DNA from: a virus
Taxonomy: Duplodnaviria > Caudoviricetes
Length of the DNA stretch: 46,363 nucleotides
Virus record (IMG/VR): IMGVR_UViG_3300037851_001498
Coordinates: 1 to 46,363 of that record
Direction: 5' to 3' (one strand)
This document shows, one piece after another, positions 10,801 to 19,800 of this stretch. The translations under genes and the position numbers were made by a program. A model generated the notes under the pieces. The model did no database searches, was not told the origin of the DNA, and was given only the letters and a program-made list of their open reading frames with translations. The stretch's first letter is position 1. Each line of letters starts with the position of its first letter.

Positions 10801-13800
10801 TCCGGGCCTCCTTGGCGTTCAGCTTTTCCCACTTCTCGCCCTCAAGGTCTGCGACCTCCTTGATCTGGTTGGTCTTATGAGGCGATGTCAAGGCGCGGTA
10901 CTGATACGGGTTCCCTTTTGAGTCCGTCTTTGATCGAAGCCCAGAAGATATCCAAACCCTTCCGCTGGCCTTGTTCCGGTAGAATCCCCCCGACTCGAGG
11001 AAATGCTCCTGGGCCTTGTCGAAGGTCATAAGATCGGTGGGGTTGGTGACATCGATCTGAACGTATTTCGTTAAAGCGCCGGTGTCCTGGTCGGTATAGA
11101 CGATCTGCTCATCCACCTTCTCGACTTTGTTGCCGGTGATGGTTTCGATGCCGACATCGAGCCGGCCGGTGTCGGCGTAGTCCTGGATCACCCTGTCCAT
11201 GGTTGCCGAAAATTCATCGAAAACCATGTTCTGGGTATCGATCTCCATGGAGAGCAAGCGATTGAGGAACTTGACGATCGGCGGCACTTCGATGCCCCCC
11301 GATATCGGGTTCACCAGGACAAGGCCGGTTTGTGATTCGAAGTCATCGAACGAGACCTTGGCTTTGCCATGCACGACATCCTCGATGTACTTGGTCAGGG
11401 CCTCGGTGGCATAGTCGCTTTCAAGATTATCGCGGGCCTGGAAGATCCCCTGGCTGCCGGTCTTGCGCTCCCCCTTGGTAAGGGCCCCGAGCTGGTCCAG
11501 ACGGCGGGCGATGGAGGATAAGAAGCGGGCCTGGCCCTTCAGATTGGTGGTGACCAGGATGAATTCGGGCGCGCTCACTTCGTTGGACCTGTGAGTCCGG
11601 CCAAGCCCCTGCAAGGCCTTATCGGCCCGCCACCCGGGCTGAATAAGGTAATGCTTTCTGGGACGCTGGTTCTTGAAGCGCTTATCCGCATGGAAACTGC
11701 GCCCGGTGGCCCCTTTGCCGGAAAAGACCAAGACCTGTTTCTTGTCGTCCAGGAATTGATCGACGTCGGCCTGAACTGCTTTGCTCGATCGCTTCTCGAT
11801 CTCCTGCTTTCCGGTCTTGGTGTTGGTGATGATGCGACGGCCGCGTCCGGTGACCTCGGCCACGTTCTCGTGGCCAAGCTCTTGGATGAGAAAATCGAGC
11901 GGCCCGTTGGGCATGACGATCGATGCGACGTTGGACAGCAATTGATCGCGCATGGCCTTGGCCTCCCGGTTGATCACCGGCTTGCCGTCGTCATCGTAAA
12001 CCGGACGCTTGCGAATGGTACCGTTCTCGTCGGTGTATTCCTCGAACTGCTGGATCGGGAAGCTATTCTCCAGGTAGGCCATCAAGTTTTCGCGCGGGGT
12101 CATATCCAGGTCTTCAAGCTCCTGGCCTTCCTCTCGGCGATTCAGGGCGCGCTCTTGTTGTGCCTCGTCCGTGTTCACGAGCTGGAGCACGACGGCATTG
12201 CCGGCCTCGACATCCTTCTTGACGGCATCGATGGCGGTTGGCATCTGCATGGTGGTGATGATTTGATTGAAGAAGCGCTGATGCGCACCCCAGAAGGCTG
12301 AATAGTTGGCCGACTGTTTGTCGGAGCCGGTGATTTTGACAGCCTCGTCGATATTGTGCAGCACCGATTGCCAAGCTCTGGCCAACTCATCGTATTTGGC
12401 CGCCTGGGACTTATCCAAGGTGTGGGTAAGCCGGTCGTACTTGACTTGATCATAGGACAGTGAACGGGCCAGATAGAGGCCGAGGGATTTCATATTGCGG
12501 GCGATCAACTCCATGGTGGCAATGCCGCCCCGGGAAATTTCGTTAACGAAGCTGATGGAGTCGTTGAAGGGTGTGCCTTCACCCCATAGGCCAAGGCGGT
12601 CGGCGTAAACCAGGTTCTCTACTTCGGTTGCACCGGTTGCCGACACATAGACGACCCGGGCTTCAGGCAGGCGCCTTTGCAATGCGATGCCTGCCAAGGC
12701 CATCTGCGACGGCTTCTTGACCCCACGCTCGCCCTTCTTCGGCGCAGCATTTGCCATGTTGTGGGACTCGTCGAAGGCGATCACGCCGTCGAAATCTTTT
12801 CCCAGCCAGTTAACGAGCTGGTTCAGCCGAATGTTCAGGTTGTTGAATGACTCTGGTTGATCCTCTCTGTACTCTGAAAAACCGCCGCGCAGAGTGCTGT
12901 AAGTCGTAAAAAGGATACCCTCGGGCTTTTCGAGCGAGGCGCCCAGCTTGTACGACTTCTGGGAGAACAGATGATTGACACCATCGTCCCACCTACTGTC
13001 GCGCAGGTCGCGCTCGGCGTCGTTGATCAGGTCCCATGACTCGGATATCCAGACGGCCTTCTTGCGGCCTTTCTCCCAATTGTCTCGCAGGATACCGGAT
13101 ATCTCCCGGCCCTTGCCAACGCCGGTGCCATCGCCGATGAAAAATCCCCTCCGTGCTCCCGACGGGAGCCTCTTTGCGTGCGACTGCCCGGCATAGATCA
13201 CGGATTCGAATTGTACTTCGGATAGCCCCCGGGGGTCCCCGGGCTTGGCGCCTTGGATGACCTCTTTGGGCAGGGAGGGGGAATATGTGGCGTCCGGCGC
13301 CTCGGTGTCAGCCATGGCCGCGGACTCGACCAGCGGGGTGGGGTGGGGCCGGTTACCCTCGATCTTGGCCTTGGGCCGGTAGGACTCAAAGATGGAGTCG
13401 GTGAGTTCACGGCGCTCTTTGTGCGCCTCGTTCTCGACTTTTAGATTTGATTCTGGACTTCGAGGTCGTTGACCCTCTCCAGAAGTTCTTCGATCAGCGA
13501 CTCGGGGCTCAGGTTGTCCAGGTTCTCCAGGTCGAGCAGGCTGGCCACCTTCTGCGGATTCCAAGTCTGCATGTCGATCAGACTCAGAACTGACTGCTCC
13601 AGATCTCCACCCAGGCGTCGCTCCAGATCCACCTTGCCGCTCTCCATCGCCAGGCGCAGCAGGTTCAGAACGTGGATTTCGCTTGGGTTCGGTTGGCCGC
13701 CGTACTGACTCAGAAGTGTCTTGGCGTACTGGTTCACTGGCAGGCGGTTGACTTGTTCGAGGCTTTTGTCGCTCATCGCGCACTCCCTTCAGCAAAGTGG

Positions 13801-16800
13801 GCAGATCTTCAAAATGGTCGACAAATCCTTTGACGATATTTTGCCCACTCGGACCCGTTTTGTCAATCACCAGGATCTGGTTGTCAAAGGACGTGCCGTA
13901 CTTGGTGTAATCGGCGCCGGATATGCCGATATTGGCGCGCACGTTGTACTTCTTCTTGATGCGAGTCCACCAATCATGAAAGATTGGCGCGTTGTCGGCC
14001 ATGCCACGGCCGACGATGGCCACCAAGCGCCCGCCATCCTCCAGCCTGGCCAGGGCCTGCTCGACGTGCTGGGCGCCGTACTTGGTCTTGTTGCGTTCCA
14101 CACGGCCGGCGGTGGACGAAAAGGGCGGGTTCATGACGATCACCGTGGGCCTGACATCTTCGGGCAGGATGTTGTCCAACTGCTCGGCGTTTTCAGTGGT
14201 GATGTTCTCAAACCCGAGAGCCTTGAGCAACTCGGCGCGGCGCTTGGAAAGTTCGTTGACATGAACCTTGGCGACGTTGCCCTTGGCGAAAATGGCAAGG
14301 CCCCCTATGCCGGCAGACGGTTCAAGGTAGACATCTTCCGGTTGCAGGTTGGCCACCCAATTGGCCGCGAAGGCCAGCGGGGGAGGGGTGGAGAACTGCT
14401 GGAACTGCTGCTGCTCCTCGGTGCGTTTGGTCTGAGTCGGCAGCTTCGAGATCAACTCTTTCAGTCGATCAATGGTTTCCATGGGAGAAAGTTCACGACC
14501 ACCGAAGTCTCCACGAATTGTTCTAAGCGGAAGGTTCTGTGTTAACCATAGATTGACACCCATCTCCATGGCGTCATAGGCGTCCTTGGGAGTGTACTTG
14601 CCCTGCGCCTGAGTTCCGCCGTACTCCTTGTTCGCCTGCTCGAACAAGTCGCGCCAGTCGAACCGTTTATCGGCGTCGATCTGGTCCTTAACCCAAGCGG
14701 CCAGATTACGGCTGGGGGTGTTGGTGATGGATTCTTCCGCCGGCTGCGCTTCGATGGCATGCTCTTTTTCTACTATCTCAAAATCGGACGCCTTGAAGTG
14801 CAAGTTGCCCGAATTCTCGGTCTTGATATGCTGTGAACCGTCTTCATGCGTCCTGATATGCTGGACCCGCCCGCCGTTTTTCTCGCTAACGCCGCTACCC
14901 GGCTTTGGCCTCACAGTATCGCCGATCTCGAATTTCGTAACGATAGGCGTTGCAGGGGCTTTGTCATCAAACACCGCACGGATTGCGGCTTGGCGGATGG
15001 CCTCATTTTTCTTCCATCCCCAACCATGTCCTGATGGGCCCTGCATGTGGGACGCTTTGCGCCCATCTTCGTTGAGGACTGCAACGCTATATCCTTGTGT
15101 TTCTTTGACGAGCTTGAACGTTTTCCCTTCAGCGTCAACGGCCTTACCGGTGCTTTCCATTGATGCGATGAAAGACTCCCTGCCAACAGCCGAAGCAGAC
15201 TCCTTTTTCACATCTGCCATTGCCGCAACCTTATCGAACCCCTGAGCGATCAGGTTTTTGGCAAAGATGTTGGCGAAGGTGTAATCGTTGGCGCGCATCT
15301 CGCCGCCGGTCATGGCGTTTTGAACGGCCGTTTCGATCAGCCGCAGTCGGCCGTCAGGCATGACGGCAAAAACCATTTCACCGTCACCTATCAAATCGCC
15401 GTTCTGCTCGCGGTAATGGGTCAAGTATATCGCCTGTGGTCCGGTATGATGCTGGTGACGCTCGATTACCAGGTCTTGCCATGGCGGGTTTTTAATGCGC
15501 CGGTGGAAGTCCTCGCCGGCCATAATCTCGTCCTGGATGCCAAGGCCATACAGCAGACGAGCGATATTCTTGGCCGCGTTTCCGGTCTGGGCTTTGGCCT
15601 CCAAGATGGCGGGCCGCTTGGGGGCCTCGCCTTCCTGCTTCTCGGGCTGCTTGTTCTCGACGGCCTCGGCCCATTCCGGATATTCGTCGGACAGCTCGGC
15701 CATCTTCTCGGACCAAGTGTAAAAACCGGCCTGGCCGGGGGTGTACTTATGGCCCTGCTCGAAAGCGTATCGGTATGCTTTCTCGAACTCATCGAAGGTC
15801 AGCTTCTTCTCCCCGGCTGCTTCGCGAATGTCAGGGCGCAGTTGGGCAACCGCCCTGGTATAAGCGGCCTTTGCCGTGTCTCCTTGGCCGTAGACCCGGG
15901 CGACCGACGAGTCCGTGTGATGCCCTATTGTCACCGCATACGACTTGTCCAGGTTCTTATGAACCGTGTACCAAAGATTGTCATTGCCTGGTAAGTTTCG
16001 GCGCTGGCCTGAGACCGATAGATCTTTGTCTTGAGGCTCATTGGTGAGTCGCAATTCTTTGTTCGACTCATTTTCTACCGTTTTTGAGCCGCTGCTTTCG
16101 GCCGCCTTCTTCGACCGCGCCGCGACCGCTTTCTTGATTTGCCATTCGAGCATGGCTGGCTGTTTGGGGACTTCCTGAATCAGATCGGCCACCATGGCCC
16201 GCTGATCATCGGTGAGGCTCTCGATATATGCCTTGTACGACTCGGCGGCCTTCTGCATCTTGGTCTTTTCGGGGGCGGCAAGCTTTCCGTATGGCTGGCG
16301 CTTGCGTCCGGACTTGACCCACTCTTTCAGATCGTCGGTCGATATCTCGGTGATGGCGCCAAGGCCTTTCCATCCCGTTTCGTAGTTGTCCAGGTAGGCC
16401 TTCTTGGCCGCCTGCTCCGAATCGACCCCCATGATGACCTTGTGCTCATCGAACTTGCCGGCTTCAGGATCTATCTGATCGACGATGAACGCCTTGGCGC
16501 TTTCCGGGTGCGGGCCGAGGAATACATCGATTTGATCGCCGTCCTTGCCCTCGCTTCGCTTGAAGTAACCGTAATGGTTCTTCATCTCAACGCGCCAGGC
16601 TTTTCCGGACTTGGAAACGCCCGAGCGGGTGGACCCGCGGGGGTTCTCGATCGTGATGTCCATGCCCTGAACCTGGACATGGCCTTTTTTATAGTTGCCG
16701 GCTTCTTTCTGTGCTTCGGTGGGCTCTGATAGGTTATTTTGCGGCGAAGTGGCCGCTTCGTTGGCGAGAGTGTCTATTTCTTGATGATCGTCGTGTCGCC

Positions 16801-19800
16801 GATCACTATCTTTGCGCCCTTCGGCGCCTTTTCCCAAAACTCCTGGAGGCTCTGCCCCTCGGGGTCTCCGTTCTCCCGAAAGTTCACGTTGAGCCTTGTC
16901 ACCTTTAAGGGCTTGTTCGGCTTCTTGCTGGCTTCGTCCTTTTCCATATGAGAAAGCTCCTACAAAGGTCTTTGTTGTGCCATCCGGCAAGCTGACGGTG
17001 ACCGGGTTGGCAGATAGGTAATCCTTGGCTCTTTTGATCTCGCCGTCAACATCAATGTTTTCGTCGGCCTCGGCCCAGAACTCATCCCCGCTCGGATGGT
17101 ATGCCTTCAGGGATGTGTTTTTCAGGCCATCGGCAATGCGGCGAATGAGTTCGTCGCCGGCCTTGTGCCCAAAAGTATCGTTGACCCACTTCAAGCCATC
17201 GGCATCGATCGACACCTGGGCCGGCTTGCGTGGGGATTCATTATAAGCGCGTCGGTTTCCAAGTCCCGTAAGCGAGTCTTCATAGAGCGCCTTGAACCGC
17301 TCGTCGTTGGACATGGCGTCATATTTTGCGCGAAGCTCGGTATCGGTCCGGCGGTCAGCCTCGCCACGGTCCACCGTGCGCCGGCCTGATATTTGTGCCT
17401 GCTCGGGAAGATCTTGGGTACTGACCTCGATCATTTTCGATGGATCAATCGAAAACTGGCTATCGGTTCCGCGAAGGACGACCTCATCGCCAAACACGTC
17501 ATTGGACACAACGGTGAAGCGATCATAGCGACCATCGATGACAAGGCCAACCTTGCTGCCTTCTGGTAGATCGCGCGCGGTAATGCGTCTATAGGCCCCT
17601 TCCTTGTCGTAATCCGGCGGCATTTCGTCGGGCGCTGTCGCAGATTCCTGAAAGGCAGCGGCCTGGGCCTTCTGGTTCTTGGTGATCGGGGTGTCGGTGT
17701 TCAGCTTACCCCTCTTCAATGTGTCCGGGGTATTCATCAGGATATCTTCGAGGTCATCGGATGGCAGCATCCATCCTTCACGGACGGCAAGTTCCTTGGC
17801 CTTTTCCATCTCGACGCCGGTCTTGCTGAAGATCTTGGCTTTGGATGCGGCATCGCTCCTGAAAGACAGGTCGCTCTTTTGATTGGTGGGGTTAATCCCA
17901 CCAATGGCGCGTAGGAACCCTCCGAGCGTTGTGGGCCCGCCCTTGTCGGCCGGCTTCCGGGCTTCTTTCAGCCATTCGGCGCGCTGGACGCGGGCGTCCT
18001 GCTCACCCTGGACGATCTTTTCAAGGTCGGGCCGGCGCTGCTGACGGAAAACAAGGAAGGCTTGCTGCAATCGTTCCGGGGCTGCGTCACTGATCGAGCC
18101 GCCAAGTTCCCTTTCAACCGTTTCAAGTTTGGCCTGGGCAACGGCCTGTTCGGCACGCTCGGGGCTCGGTGCTTTATCCAGGTTGGTGATGGTGTTGACA
18201 AGGTCCGGATTCTCGGCGGCCACCTGGCGGGCCTGCGGCAGCCGTTCGCGTTGGATGCGGTTGTTGAGCAACTCCTCCTCGACGAGCATATCCTGGGCCG
18301 ACTGCTGGGCAGACTTGCCGGTTTCGGCCGTCAATCCCGCGATGGCCTCGCGGCTTGCCTGTTCGCGGGCGCCCTTTTCCTGGACGCCGAGGGCCTCGTC
18401 GATGGCCGCGGCTGACTCGTCGGCAGGGGTGATTCCCCGGGAGGTCATCTCGGCCTTCAGTTCGGCCAGGTTCGCAGCCTGCTTCTCCGAAAGGCCCCTT
18501 TTATGCTGTGCGGCGATCAGGTTGGATGTGCGCTTGACCAGTTCATCCCGGGAAAGGTCGGCATACTTTCTCTTGGTCTGCTGGGTGGGGGCAAGTGGGG
18601 GCGCCGTTTTCTGGGCATGCACGGCTGCTGATACATCAGGTGATATAGCGACTGCCTGAGACGTCAGTGCCTCTTCGTCATAAGCGGCCGCGGCCTCCTC
18701 GGCGTCGAGGGTGTCGGCCTGGTCGCGGACCGTTCCCGGGGGAGCCGTTCTGATCTCTGAAGGCTGGAGCGGCGAGCGCTTTTGACGTTGCTCCTCGGCC
18801 TGTTTCTCGAAGGTCCCCGGCGGTACCGTTTTTATATCCGGTGGCTGAAGCGGCTCAACCCCCAGAAGGCTTTCGGGTGTCTCGGCTTCTTCGCCTTGAT
18901 CGAGCAGCACGCCTTTGGCGTCCCTTGCCGTGCTGACGGCAGTGCCTGGGGCGGCCATGAGGGAAAAGGCGAGGGCGGATTGCTTGGCGGTATCGAGCAG
19001 CCTCTTGGTTATGTCCTGGCGTGTGGCGGCCGGGATATCGCTTTCATTATCGATTTCCTTGGCGACCTCGGTGGCCAGGATATTGGTGCTTTCCTGCAAA
19101 ATCTCCTGGCCGGTCTCGGCAGCAACCACCCCGCCGTATTTGCCGGCAGCGCGCAGGGCCACACCGTGGAGAGTCTTGTTCTTGATCGTGTTAACGACTG
19201 CCCGGTTGACGGCCTTGGCCACAAGTTTGTCGGCTCCCGGGATGGTCTTCAGTAGGAGGCCGATCTGGGACATCTCGATGGCGCCGTTGACCACCCCCAC
19301 GGCCGCTGCCGCGCTCTTGGCAATCGTCGGGTCCAGCCGGTTGCCATCGGCGTCCTTCAGGTCCAGCAGCTCGTCATAGGCAAGTCCGGCCTCGATCTTG
19401 CCGATGCTCTCGATAGATCCGGACACCTGGCCGATGGTGTAGCCGGTGGCGAAGGTGACAGGGACCGTGACGGCCTCTTCGGGGAGGGCCACCTGCGGGC
19501 CTGTCTGACCGGCGACGGCTGCCATGCCGGCGAATCCGGCGCCAAGCATCGCCCCCCGGGTGGCGCCTTGTTTGATGCCCTCGGCCATAGTGGGGAGCAT
19601 TTCGGCTGATGCAGAGAAAGCCTGCTCGATCAAACTGCGGTCGCCCTTGAACTCGGGGGGCATGGACTTTTTGAGCTTTTCAATCTCGTCGCGGATCTCC
19701 GGGGTGTCCTCCCCCATGAGTTGGCGGGATCTCAGCAGGCCGATTTTGGTCTGGGCATCGCCCTTGCGCCATGCGTCGGCTACGCGCTTGGCTTTGGGGA

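Noticed and set aside
7304-14545. Long plus-strand ORFs opposite the giant gene (7304-8089, 10025-10921, 11591-12301, 13721-14545)
   Set aside because: Antisense shadows of GC3-biased coding; no motifs or convincing SDs
14911-15186. 91-aa +1-frame ORF in giant gene
   Set aside because: No SD seen, TTG start, off-frame-like composition; main frame looks globular here
15931-16071. 46-aa +1-frame ORF in a linker (MSRTKNCDSP..)
   Set aside because: Same frame as nested genes but no usable SD; kept only as a marginal candidate
18720-18860. Short duplicated peptide LQP..I.T.PPGT
   Set aside because: Two copies in a disordered linker; no evidence of function
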